Part shown: in pieces, positions 1-9,148 of the stretch
Layout: every line of letters begins with the position of its first letter
Numbering within the stretch: position 1 is the stretch's first letter
NCBI GenBank assembly: GCA_964597085.1
Contig: CAZQWR010000003.1
Coordinates: 1 to 48,795, forward strand
DNA: 48,795 nucleotides
From: an uncultured Cryptobacterium sp.
GTDB lineage: Bacteria > Actinomycetota > Coriobacteriia > Coriobacteriales > Eggerthellaceae
Reading direction: 5' to 3'
Program-made: the position numbers and the translations under genes
Notes under the pieces: generated by a model
What the model saw: only the letters and a program-made list of their open reading frames with translations
The model's database searches: none
What the model was told of the DNA's origin: nothing

Positions 1-230
1 GTGGGCACTGGCGTTACGCACGTGTTGATGTCGTTGTTGATGCTTTCCTTCACCACGTGCGTAACGCCAGTGCCCACCAGCGCGCCGCCAACAACGCCAG
101 CTGCCACACCGCCAATAAGCTGACGGCGGCTGAACTGGCGCCCGCTGCGCTCAGCCTTGGCAGCGTCGGCGGCGTTTTGCTCGCTATCGCCTACGAGTTC
201 AACACCTTCGTTCTTTTCTTCTTCTGCCAT
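1..230 (-). CDS. efeB: N-terminal fragment of a Tat-exported Dyp-type peroxidase (EfeB), runs off the window start
   Basis: Own translation MAEEEKNEG...FSRRQLIGGVAAGVVGGALVGTG: twin-arginine motif plus hydrophobic stretch; GGAG RBS upstream; third gene after efeU-efeO. Catalytic domain is outside the window. Confidence 0.65.
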   Translation of the reverse strand, partial: MAEEEKNEGVELVGDSEQNAADAAKAERSGRQFSRRQLIGGVAAGVVGGALVGTGVTHVVKESINNDINTCVTPVP

Positions 231-387
231 TTCATTCTCCATTTCACAGGGGGGGTCAAAATGCGATTAACACAGTCGCAATATTTCCTCTAAATGCAGG
301 GGAGAGCGCCGCATTCGCAACGCTCCTCCCCTTGCTCACGGCATGCCGGCATTTGCCCGCTTCCGCGCGAATCTGTATGCCTACTGC

Positions 388-1635
388 TTAAGCGGTAGCT
401 ACCTTTTCTGCCAGCTTGGCAAGGTCATCATGCAGAGCGCTGATGCCCTCGGAAAGCTTGGAAGCGTCGGTCTTCTGCAGCTCAGCGGTGTACTTTACGT
501 AGCCGCCCAGCTCAGAATCGGAACGATAGCTGTCCAGCATGTCGGATACGCTCTGGAACTCGCTGTCGATGCGGTTTACCAGATCCTCGTCAACCTTCTT
601 CAGGCCGTCGCGCAGGTTTGCGTATGCCTGCTGTGCGCCCTCAACGTTGGAGCGGAAGTCGGAAAGGTCGAGCTGGCTGTACTTGTCCTCCTCACCGGTG
701 ATCTTGGTGGTAGAAACCTCTTCCAGCAGGTCGGCAGCGCCGTTTGCCAAATCCTCAGGCTTCAGGTCGTCAGCGAAGGTAGGCAGAACCTGCTCGTTCA
801 AGATCTTGCAGTTCTCGGCAAGCTCCTTAGCGTAAGCCTTGGTCTGGTCGGTGATTGCACCGTTCTGCCACAGGTCGCGCTCTACTGCATGGAAGCCGTG
901 CCAGCCGGCAGCTTCGTCCAAGTTGGACTCACGCATGTCGATGAGGTAGTCCAGGAAGTAGTTGTTGTCGGCTTCTTCACCCTCGGGGATGGTGTAGCCA
1001 GGCATCAGGAAGGTGTCTACAGCAGACTCAGCATGCTCGTAGAACGGACGGGCAGCAGCCCATGCCTTCTTAGCAGCCTCAACGTCGCCGGAGTCAACTG
1101 CGGTCTGGAGAGCAGCAGTTGCATCCTGCAGGTACTGACCCTGTTCCTTGATGTAGGAAGCGTAGCTCTTTACGCCTTCCTGCATGATTTCCTGAGCGGA
1201 ACCAGCAGGTGCTGCAGCAGCTTCGCCGGTTACCTTGAAGTCAACGTAAGAATTGTCGGCGCCCGGAGCGTAGAGCTTGTAGTTGCCGCCGTTAAGGGTA
1301 ACGGTGAAGGATACAGTACCCAGGCCAGGAGCCAGGTTTTCCTTTTCGCCAACGATCTTCTGGTTGTACAGAAGCTCGAACTCGCTGATAGCGGAAGCGC
1401 TTTCATTGGTAACGTTGAAGGTTACCGCGCCGGCCTCTACCTCGGTTACGTCTGCAGACTGAGAGTTGTCCTTCAAAGTGATGTTCACCTGCTGAACACC
1501 GTCGGAGCCCTTGCTAGAGCTCGAGCTGCTGGAGTTGTTGCCAGAGCAGCCGGTGAGGCCCGCACCCAAAGCGAGTGCGAGGACGCCTGCGAAAGCTGCC
1601 GTGGCAAGCTTACGTGCAGATGCCGTCAATTCCAT
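388..1635 (-). CDS. efeO: EfeO/EfeM iron-binding lipoprotein (cupredoxin + imelysin-like M75 domain)
   Basis: Lipobox LTGC, Ser-rich linker, cupredoxin-like ISEFEL..GEKENLAPG, GWHGFHAVERDLW (HxxE) and KITGEEDKYS motifs; downstream of an FTR1 permease. Confidence 0.92.
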   Translation of the reverse strand: MELTASARKLATAAFAGVLALALGAGLTGCSGNNSSSSSSSKGSDGVQQVNITLKDNSQSADVTEVEAGAVTFNVTNESASAISEFELLYNQKIVGEKENLAPGLGTVSFTVTLNGGNYKLYAPGADNSYVDFKVTGEAAAAPAGSAQEIMQEGVKSYASYIKEQGQYLQDATAALQTAVDSGDVEAAKKAWAAARPFYEHAESAVDTFLMPGYTIPEGEEADNNYFLDYLIDMRESNLDEAAGWHGFHAVERDLWQNGAITDQTKAYAKELAENCKILNEQVLPTFADDLKPEDLANGAADLLEEVSTTKITGEEDKYSQLDLSDFRSNVEGAQQAYANLRDGLKKVDEDLVNRIDSEFQSVSDMLDSYRSDSELGGYVKYTAELQKTDASKLSEGISALHDDLAKLAEKVATA

Positions 1636-1781
1636 CTTTCCTCCGTTCTGACGGGTTTCCCCGTCGTTTCCCTGGGCGGGCTTGCCGCCCCTTCCCCGGC
1701 CTTGCGGCCAGATAGTTACCTTCGTTCAAAGCCCACGATGCGAATGCTCGCAGGCAGTTAAACCATCTTTGCGAAGCCGCC

Positions 1782-3347
1782 TTAAGCGTGTGCTTCTTGC
1801 GCAGCCTGCTTCTTCTTGCGGGCGCATACCTGCCATGCGCTGTATGCGAACAGACCCGCTGCCACACCCCACAGGGCAATAGGCCACCACAGCCACCAAA
1901 GCTTGGCCTCTTCCGATTCAAGAACCGCTGCCTTGATGGCGTTTTCAGCGGTGGAAACCTCGTCTTCGGAAACCTGCCAACTGCCGCTAACCGCACCCGA
2001 AACGCTAACCGTTTTGGTGCCGGTAATTCCGCCGCCGGAAAGCTTGGCAATAAGCTTGGTGTCGCAGCTGGCGCGCAGCAGCGAATCGGTGCCGCTGGTG
2101 CGCACGCTGTAGGTTGCGGTTTGGGTGTAGGTGGCGTCGAACGGGCCGGGATTGCGCTCGGTGTTCAAGCCGCTGGGAACGCGACCGTTGTTAAGGGTGC
2201 GCAATTGGTTCAAGGTCACACTGCTGGGAAGCGATGCGTCGGGGGTGATGTCCTTGGTGCCTTCCCACTGGGTAAGCGGGGCGCCATCAAGCTCGCCGGT
2301 AGAAACCTTTGAAAGCTCTACAGTTACGTCTTCGCTGCCATCCTTGTAGGTAAGGGTGGCGGAATCTTCACTGCATTCGGTGAGTGTTACCTGAGCAACC
2401 TCGCTAGAACCGGTTACGCTGCGGGTGTTGCCAGCAACGTCGGTGCTAACGCGGGGGCACAGCGCGAACATGGCAACCGCCACAACCACGCAAAGGCCAG
2501 CGCAAACATTGCGCACCTTCAAGCGTTTTTCGAAGCTGAAGGAATGCTTCTGCGGCCAGCAGTAAATGATCATTACCGGAATGAGGTAAGCGAGCCATGC
2601 CATAACCTCAATCAAGCGCGGGTCGGCCTGGATGCTGAACATGCCGGTAAGCAGCGCACCTACCACGGAATCGTTCTGGATAAGCCAGGAAAGATCCAGT
2701 ACCTGCGTTTGGCCGATGTTCACCCAGCCCGCCTCATGAGCGGTGCGGAAGATGTTGGCCACGAAGCCGGCAGCAACCAATATCAGGAACGGGCCGGTTA
2801 CCTTGAAGAAGGTGCCCAGGTTGAAGCGCGCGCCGCCCCAGTAGATGAGGTAGCCAATTACCACGGCCAAAACAACGCCGATTACAGCGCCAACAACGCC
2901 CATCCATTCGCTACCTGCGGTAGAGGCCTGAAACACGGCAACCAGGAATACGGCGGTTTCGAAACCTTCCTTCATGATTGCCAGGAACGCCATGCCTGCC
3001 ATGGCCTTTTCGCCACCGGAAGAAAGGCTGCTTTGAGCCTCTTCTTCCAGGTTCTTCTTCATGTTGCGGGCGTTGCTGTTCATCCACAGAATCATGGTGG
3101 TAACGAACACAACGGCCACAATGCCGATGACGGTTTCAAGGGCTTCCTGCTGCGCCTGCGGAAGGGCCGTGCTGAAGAGGTTCAGGCCAACGGCAACGGC
3201 AATGGAAAGAAGCACTGCCGCAATGGTTGCCATAATGAGCGGACGCAGGGAAGAGCCGTTGCGCTTAAGAAATGCAGCAAGAATGCCCACGATGAGCGAG
3301 GCTTCAAGGCCTTCACGCAATCCAATGAGAAATGCCGCTAAGAACAA
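1782..3347 (-). CDS. efeU: FTR1-family iron permease EfeU with long C-terminal extension
   Basis: REGLE and KEGFE (RExxE-type) motifs, multiple TM helices; TTG start with GGAGG RBS. Confidence 0.92.
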   Translation of the reverse strand: MFLAAFLIGLREGLEASLIVGILAAFLKRNGSSLRPLIMATIAAVLLSIAVAVGLNLFSTALPQAQQEALETVIGIVAVVFVTTMILWMNSNARNMKKNLEEEAQSSLSSGGEKAMAGMAFLAIMKEGFETAVFLVAVFQASTAGSEWMGVVGAVIGVVLAVVIGYLIYWGGARFNLGTFFKVTGPFLILVAAGFVANIFRTAHEAGWVNIGQTQVLDLSWLIQNDSVVGALLTGMFSIQADPRLIEVMAWLAYLIPVMIIYCWPQKHSFSFEKRLKVRNVCAGLCVVVAVAMFALCPRVSTDVAGNTRSVTGSSEVAQVTLTECSEDSATLTYKDGSEDVTVELSKVSTGELDGAPLTQWEGTKDITPDASLPSSVTLNQLRTLNNGRVPSGLNTERNPGPFDATYTQTATYSVRTSGTDSLLRASCDTKLIAKLSGGGITGTKTVSVSGAVSGSWQVSEDEVSTAENAIKAAVLESEEAKLWWLWWPIALWGVAAGLFAYSAWQVCARKKKQAAQEAHA

Positions 3348-3559
3348 CGCCGTCCTCCAAAAGTAAACTTAGGGTAACAAAAATTTTGCGTTGTTAAGAT
3401 ACGCCCAGAGTTAACCATAGTCAACAAAAAGTTTGACAGAGTTAACTACTTTCCAGATAAATGGAGATGAGCGCCTTAAGGGGAGATGAAATTGTTGGAT
3501 TTTTGATTCAGCGGCAGCCAGAAATCGAATGCAAACCGCACGCCCTGTCGCCGATAGCG

Positions 3560-3565
3560 TATAAT
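3560..3565 (+). promoter_or_regulatory. -10 box of tRNA-Gly promoter
   Basis: TATAAT 10 nt upstream of the tRNA 5' end. Confidence 0.6.
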
Positions 3566-3575
3566 CCTCAACCAT

Positions 3576-3650
3576 GCGGGTGTCGCCAAGTGGTAAGGCA
3601 CGAGCTTCCCAAGCTCGCATTCGCGGGTTCGAACCCCGTCACCCGCTCCA
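3576..3650 (+). tRNA. tRNA-Gly(CCC)
   Basis: Acceptor GCGGGTG/CACCCGC, anticodon arm CGAGC-TTCCCAA-GCTCG, GGTTCGAAC T-loop, encoded CCA. Confidence 0.97.
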
Positions 3651-3914
3651 TAGGATTCAACGACCAAGGAAATTCTCCTTGGTCGTTTTTGCTTCAGCGA
3701 CGTATAGGGGTTCGAACCGGTGAGGTGAAAAGCCGTTAAGGAAACGTGCCAGTGGCACGTTTTCAGGCTTTTGCCCGACTGAGCCTGCGAAGGAGGGATA
3801 GGGGCGAAGCCCCTGAGCCCGTCACCCGCTCCATAGGATTCAACGACCAAGGAAATTCTCCTTGGTCGTTTTTGCTTCAGCGACGTATAGGGGTTCGAAC
3901 CGGTGAGGTGAAAA
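3635..3914 (+). repeat. 97-bp exact direct repeat (3635-3731 and 3818-3914) starting with the last 16 nt of tRNA-Gly
   Basis: Copies read identical from CCCGTCACCCGCTCCA to GGTGAGGTGAAAA, period 183 bp. Confidence 0.95.
3659..3690 (+). terminator. Intrinsic terminator after tRNA-Gly (second copy at 3842-3873)
   Basis: AACGACCAAGGA-aattc-TCCTTGGTCGTT followed by T run. Confidence 0.8.
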
Positions 3915-3915
3915 C

Positions 3916-5733
3916 TCAGCCCACCTTTTCCATTACCGAAACCGTGAACCAAGTGCGCTCGTACTGGCGATAGTACGTGCGCGTATCAACCATTTCGATT
4001 CCGCTGTCTTTCAGAAGCTCGGCAACCTCGGCGGTTTCGCAGTTGGAGCGCGCTTGAGAAAGCAAAATGAACTTACCCGTATAACCCGGCAGCTCGTCTT
4101 GCCACATCTTGGTTATGCCAAGCGTTGGAGCGTAGGCCTGGTAGGCCAAATCCCAATTACCCTGCTGCCAGTCCAGGTAAACCTGATGAACATCGGGGTA
4201 AAGAACCGAAGTAACGCCTTCGAAGCCAATATCGGTGGAAATAACGGGGATCTGCGCTCCCGCCTCTTCAGAGTATTCCGCCAGCGATTCCATGAACCAA
4301 TCCAGTGGCTCCTGGTTCCCTTCGGAATAAGCGTCCTGAACGAAGATAGATTGGCTGGTTATGGCCGCCGCAAGCAGAGCAACCACCAATGCCCCAACAA
4401 CCTTGCGGTTGGGAATAGCCGCAACCAGCACCGAAACCGCCAAAATAAGCCCGCAAATGGCAACCGAAAGATAGCGGTAGTACACAATGAGCGTATCCAT
4501 CGCCACAGAGGCAACAACAGCAAAGCCCAGCACACCAAAATAAAGCAGCAAGCCCATAACCGCAGCCATTGCACCGGGGCGCTGCAGAATCCAACGCTTC
4601 ATGCGGGTCCAACGGCCCAAAACCGGCCGACCGCTGCTCAGCGCCTGAGCCCTGTTCTTGCGCAAGCGAAGAACCAGCTGCACCGCAGCAACCACCAAAG
4701 CAAGAACGGCAAGGGTACCAGCGCAATATGCAAGCACCACATATTGCCAGCCCGAATGATCGGCGAACACAATATGGCTGGTGTACACCGGATACAGCAA
4801 CCATTCAATAAGCGTGCGCGGGAACTGAACATCGCTCCAATATGTGCCCGAAGAAACCACGCCTACCTGCGTAAGCAAAACCAGAAGCCAAGGCAAGTAC
4901 AGAAGAACCTCCACGACGGCACCGAAAAGCAGCACGCCCAAGGGCGCAAAAGGAAGCTTTTCCCCGGCACGACGCTGGGTCAAGCAGTGTTTCACGATAA
5001 ACACCAGCAAGAACAAGTTTATAAGGAACGCCGACAGCACGCCGTAGTAATGCAAATACGCAGCGGCTAGGCTGGAAAGGAAAAACGCCACCCACCAGCG
5101 GCAGGGCACGCCCGCCCAAGTGCAAGAACCCTTCCACCAGGCAGCCTGGCCAACGACACTGAACCAGCCGTGCTCCCCTTCCCCGGCACGCTGTGAGCGC
5201 AAAACCGAAGCTATGCGCCAAGCCATAAGCGAGCACAGGGCAACGCAGAAACTGGCCCACGAATACATGCGAATCTCAACAGCGATATAGGCAACATAGG
5301 GCAAGAACAAAGAAAGCGTGCTGAACAGCAAGCCTACGCGCCAGCCAAAGTCGCGCCGGACAATAAACAAGCCCAGCAGCGAAAAGCAAACCGTACCCGC
5401 CATAGTGAACAGGCGATACACCAAAATATTCTGACCAAACAGCAAGTAGAGCACGTGCAAGGCCCAGTAATACAGCACCGGATGAACATCGCCCGAACCA
5501 ATGCGCCAAATTTCCTGGAACGAATGACTGGCAATGGCAACCGAATAGCTTTCGTCGAACCAAATGTTGCCATGGAATGCGCCGGTAAGAATAAAGGCCG
5601 TGCCAAGCAGAATCACCAAGCAGTGAAACGGTACCGAGGCCAAAACGCCCGAACCGGAACTATTTACGCTGCGCTGCAACGCGGCAACCCCCTTTATTCG
5701 ACACAGAAAAACAGCCTGTTGCACAGACTGCAA
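3916..5733 (-). CDS. GT-C fold integral membrane glycosyltransferase (GT39/PMT_2-like); start uncertain
   Basis: IWFDESYS (DE motif), DVHPVLYY, EIRMYS, YLHYYG motifs; many TM helices. Confidence 0.8.
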   Translation of the reverse strand: MQSVQQAVFLCRIKGVAALQRSVNSSGSGVLASVPFHCLVILLGTAFILTGAFHGNIWFDESYSVAIASHSFQEIWRIGSGDVHPVLYYWALHVLYLLFGQNILVYRLFTMAGTVCFSLLGLFIVRRDFGWRVGLLFSTLSLFLPYVAYIAVEIRMYSWASFCVALCSLMAWRIASVLRSQRAGEGEHGWFSVVGQAAWWKGSCTWAGVPCRWWVAFFLSSLAAAYLHYYGVLSAFLINLFLLVFIVKHCLTQRRAGEKLPFAPLGVLLFGAVVEVLLYLPWLLVLLTQVGVVSSGTYWSDVQFPRTLIEWLLYPVYTSHIVFADHSGWQYVVLAYCAGTLAVLALVVAAVQLVLRLRKNRAQALSSGRPVLGRWTRMKRWILQRPGAMAAVMGLLLYFGVLGFAVVASVAMDTLIVYYRYLSVAICGLILAVSVLVAAIPNRKVVGALVVALLAAAITSQSIFVQDAYSEGNQEPLDWFMESLAEYSEEAGAQIPVISTDIGFEGVTSVLYPDVHQVYLDWQQGNWDLAYQAYAPTLGITKMWQDELPGYTGKFILLSQARSNCETAEVAELLKDSGIEMVDTRTYYRQYERTWFTVSVMEKVG

Positions 5734-5879
5734 ATCATGAAATTACCCTATCAACAAAGCGGGGGGGATTCGTTAAATGGGTTTTCAGATAACCGTTGCT
5801 TTCCCGTTGCCGAATGGGAGGCGGCAGGCAAAGCACACACATACGTTACACTGAACCCGTTGCAAATGAAGGAGAAAAA

Positions 5880-6803
5880 ATGGCAAACGAAGCACCGAGC
5901 ACGCTCTTCCACGCCGACGATTACGGCATTACCGCAGAACAAGCACAGGATATTCTGGGGCTTTCCACCGCATGCGGCGGCCAAGGTGCCCTTCGCAGCG
6001 TGAGCATCTTCGCCAATTCGCCAGCATTCGAAGCAGCCGTGAACCTTGCGCGCCCGCATGTTGAAACCGACGCGCTGCATATCGGCCTTCATCTCAATTT
6101 GGTAGAAGGTTTCCCGGTTTCTCCTGCTGAAGAAGTATCGCTGCTGGTAAACGAGCGCGGCGCATTCAAAAACAATTTCATGGGTTTGCTCGCCCTGGCC
6201 TCTGGGCCTAAGCGCAAGCAGTTCAAAAGCCAGGTTCACCAAGAATGCCGTGCCCAGCTGGAACGCTTCCTTTCGGCTTTCCCCGAAAAGCGCCAGGCAC
6301 TTCGCGCCGACAGCCATCAGCACACGCATGCCATCCCTGCCATCACCCATGCACTGGTAGATGCTGCAACGGAGCTGGGCTGCACCTTCGAATATCTACG
6401 CGCGCCCGTTGAGCCCATGGAACCGCATAAAACTGCACGCATCGTGCGCAACGAAAAGAACCCCACGGCAAAAAGCCCACGCATAACGCCCGAAAACCGC
6501 GCAAAGGTTATCCTGCTCAACCGCCTGTGGAACGGCAAACACGGCGGCGCAAGCCTGAACCTTCCGCGCAAAGTGTTCTGCGGCGTGGCTCTTTCCGCGC
6601 ATATGGACGAAGTAGACACCGCGCTGGTGGAATCGTTCGAACGCTACGCCGCATCGAAGGGCATGGGCACGGAATTCCTGTTCCACCCTATTTCCGTTCC
6701 GCTGCGCCAATGCCTCGACCCTGAAAACGAGCCCTTTTCACACCCGTGCGCCAACGCCGCACGCGACCGCGAGGCAAAAACGCTCGTTAAGCTGGAACGT
6801 TAA
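5880..6803 (+). CDS. YdjC/ChbG-family carbohydrate deacetylase
   Basis: HADDYG, GLHLNLVEG, DSHQHTH and FHP motifs; ATG 5880 preceded by AAGGAG. Confidence 0.85.
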   Translation: MANEAPSTLFHADDYGITAEQAQDILGLSTACGGQGALRSVSIFANSPAFEAAVNLARPHVETDALHIGLHLNLVEGFPVSPAEEVSLLVNERGAFKNNFMGLLALASGPKRKQFKSQVHQECRAQLERFLSAFPEKRQALRADSHQHTHAIPAITHALVDAATELGCTFEYLRAPVEPMEPHKTARIVRNEKNPTAKSPRITPENRAKVILLNRLWNGKHGGASLNLPRKVFCGVALSAHMDEVDTALVESFERYAASKGMGTEFLFHPISVPLRQCLDPENEPFSHPCANAARDREAKTLVKLER

Positions 6804-6825
6804 GCCGCACATTCACCCAGAATGC

Positions 6826-6866
6826 ACGGAGGGGCTGCTTGCAAGAGCGGCCCCTCCGTTGTTTTT
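6826..6866. terminator. Hairpin terminator between convergent genes
   Basis: ACGGAGGGGCTGCT...AGCGGCCCCTCCGT then TGTTTTT. Confidence 0.7.
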
Positions 6867-7647
6867 AGCGCCGTGCCAAAAACGGCGCGCCTTTCTGCCG
6901 AGCCCTGCCCGTTGCAGCAGGTGCCTGGCCTGCGGCATTACGCGCGCAGGCATCAACGAATGCCTGGAATATCTGGCGCTCGTCGGTATCTTCGCGCCAC
7001 AGGTACTCAGGGTGCCACTGCACTCCCCAGGTAAACCCTTTCATGGGGTGATAAAACGCCTCAATAAGACCATCGGGCGCGTAGGCCATGGGCGAAAGCT
7101 GGAACGAAAGCTCGCGAATGCCCTGATGGTGAATGCTGTTCACCTGCAAACTCGTTTGCTTGAGCAGGTAATACAGCGGCGTGCCCGGCTCAAGCGTTAC
7201 GTCGTGGCAGGTGTGGTTGTACGGGTGCGCCATCATATGCGCAACCGAAAGCTGCATTTCGCTGGGAATATCTTGATACAGCGTGCCGCCCAAACACACA
7301 TTGATAAACTGTGCGCCGCGGCAAATTCCCAGCACCGGCATATCCAGCAAAAGCGCACGCTGCAAGAAGGCATATTCCATCTTGTCGCGCTCGGCGTTCA
7401 CGGCGCCGCACTGCGGACTGCGCTTGGTTTGATACAGCGCAGGGTCAACATCCTGGCCGCCAGTGAACAAAATGCCATCGCACATGCCCACCAGCTGGGC
7501 AACATCAGAATCGGTCCAGGTAAAAGGCAGGATAAGGGGCAGGGCTCCGCAATCTTTCAGCGCGTCCACATAGCCAGGAAGCATCCAAATGCTCTCACGC
7601 TCGGCATCGTAGAGCGGCGTAACGCCAATTATCGGCTTCGATTCCAT
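6865..7647 (-). CDS. Class I glutamine amidotransferase-like peptidase C26 (PuuD / gamma-glutamyl-GABA hydrolase family)
   Basis: KPIIGVT, TGGQDVDP, GICRG nucleophile, NSIHHQ, GVQWHPE. Confidence 0.9.
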   Translation of the reverse strand: MESKPIIGVTPLYDAERESIWMLPGYVDALKDCGALPLILPFTWTDSDVAQLVGMCDGILFTGGQDVDPALYQTKRSPQCGAVNAERDKMEYAFLQRALLLDMPVLGICRGAQFINVCLGGTLYQDIPSEMQLSVAHMMAHPYNHTCHDVTLEPGTPLYYLLKQTSLQVNSIHHQGIRELSFQLSPMAYAPDGLIEAFYHPMKGFTWGVQWHPEYLWREDTDERQIFQAFVDACARNAAGQAPAATGRARQKGAPFLARR

Positions 7648-7664
7648 GAGCCTGCCCCTCCTTC

Positions 7665-8798
7665 CTAAAACTTTGCCTTGAAGCGGTCGTAATGCAGGCC
7701 ACTGATGTCGATGGTGCTGGAAGCGCCGGTTTCGATAAGCTCGGAAAGCGCGAAGCCGATTGCCGGCGAAATGCCAAAGCCATGCGCGTTGAAGCCATAG
7801 GCGGTAACCAGGCCCGGCACTTCTTCACAATCGCCAAGAATCGGAACGCCATCAGGCGTGATGTCAATCCAACCAGCCCAAGTGCGCACAATGTTCATCT
7901 CAGCCAGCTTGGGGAAGTACTTCATAATGCCGCGGCATACGCACGGTGCGGTGGTGGAAGTTCCCTTGGTCTTCAAGTCGTAGATGTCGAAGCCTTCCAA
8001 GTCGTCATCACCGCCGAACACGAACGAACCGTGGTTGGTCTGGCCACCGTAGAAGTCCGCTTCGGCCGTTCCCAGCATGGTGTCGAACATGTGCGGCTGG
8101 CCTTCGGTAACCAGGCAGTGGTCGATGCGCGGGCGAACCTTCGCGTTGATGCCAACCGTTGCCAAGATCTCCTTCGACTGCGCGCCGCAGCACACCATGA
8201 TGTGCTCGCCTTCGTATTCGCCATGCTCGGCAATTACCTTGCGCACGCGGCTTTTAACCTTGCGAAGCGCCAGCACCTTTTCGCCGGTAATGAACTTCAC
8301 GCCCATGGCCAGGGCATTCTTGTAAAAGCCCAATCCTGTTTTAAGCGGGTTGGCATGGCCGTCGGTAGGGCACCAGCTGGCGCCTACCACTTCTTCGGAA
8401 AGGAAGGGATTGATCTGGCGTGCCTCGTCGCCGGAGATCATGCCCACCCCTACGCCGCACGCTGCAGCGTTATTGGCAAGGCGAGTAAGAATCTTCAGGT
8501 GCTCTTCGGTTTTACCCAGGCGAAGGTTGCCGCCCTGGTTGTACTCAACATCCACGCCCAGCTCGTCGCCCAAGGTAGGCCAGATGTTCTGCACGCCATA
8601 CAGGGCAAGCGGCAGCTCACGCGGGTCGCGGCCGCTCTGACGCACACCGCCGGCGTTGCGGGAAGCGGCGCCGTTGAGCATGATTTCCTGCGCCTCAAGC
8701 ACGATAACGTTGGTAATTCCGCGCTTGGCCAGGTAGTAAGCGGTTGAGCACCCTTCGATGCCGCCGCCGATGATAATGACGTCTGCTGTAGTAGCCAT
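7665..8798 (-). CDS. DAO-family FAD-dependent oxidoreductase (sarcosine oxidase beta / proline or opine dehydrogenase catalytic subunit-like)
   Basis: GGGIEG Rossmann motif, GAASRNAG, DGHANP, RTWAG..DITPDGVPILG, GFNAHGFGISP. Confidence 0.9.
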   Translation of the reverse strand: MATTADVIIIGGGIEGCSTAYYLAKRGITNVIVLEAQEIMLNGAASRNAGGVRQSGRDPRELPLALYGVQNIWPTLGDELGVDVEYNQGGNLRLGKTEEHLKILTRLANNAAACGVGVGMISGDEARQINPFLSEEVVGASWCPTDGHANPLKTGLGFYKNALAMGVKFITGEKVLALRKVKSRVRKVIAEHGEYEGEHIMVCCGAQSKEILATVGINAKVRPRIDHCLVTEGQPHMFDTMLGTAEADFYGGQTNHGSFVFGGDDDLEGFDIYDLKTKGTSTTAPCVCRGIMKYFPKLAEMNIVRTWAGWIDITPDGVPILGDCEEVPGLVTAYGFNAHGFGISPAIGFALSELIETGASSTIDISGLHYDRFKAKF

Positions 8799-8810
8799 TG
8801 CTCGCTCCTC

Positions 8811-9131
8811 CTAAAACTTCTCGTTGCCCAGCTCTTGCATCTGCAAGGGGCGCTGAGGGGAACGGGCGTGCGGGTTCTGCAAATCCTCGATGCTGCACCC
8901 TGCCTCACGAGCCAAGATGCCCTTTACCAACTTGGTGCAGGTACGGCCCTGGCAAAGGCCCATGGCGCATCGGGTGAAGCGGCGCACCTCAGGAAAGCGG
9001 TACAGCCCTTCGTGCACGGCGCGACGCAGCTCGCCTTTGGTCACCTCTTCGCAACGGCACACAATCATGTCGTCGTCAGGCTCGGGTTTGAACGGCTCGG
9101 TAGAGAGCCTGCGGATGGTGGGAGTGTCCAT
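8811..9131 (-). CDS. BFD-like [2Fe-2S] protein
   Basis: IVCRCEEVT...RCAMGLCQGRTC...RSPQRP; ATG 9131 with GAGGA RBS. Confidence 0.88.
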   Translation of the reverse strand: MDTPTIRRLSTEPFKPEPDDDMIVCRCEEVTKGELRRAVHEGLYRFPEVRRFTRCAMGLCQGRTCTKLVKGILAREAGCSIEDLQNPHARSPQRPLQMQELGNEKF

Positions 9132-9148
9132 GATGCTTCCTCTTCTCT

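Noticed and set aside
343..1761. 472-aa plus-strand ORF antisense to efeO (also 9194-11092, 11113-12408, 15595-17700, 47774-48562 and similar)
   Set aside because: Shadow ORFs expected from GC-rich codon bias on the opposite strand; no RBS or family motifs, while the overlapping genes have clear motifs.
3635..3914. Possible CRISPR array, second tRNA, or prophage attL/attR pair
   Set aside because: Only two long copies with no cas genes; the second copy lacks D and anticodon arms; the interval is 86 nt with no integrase.
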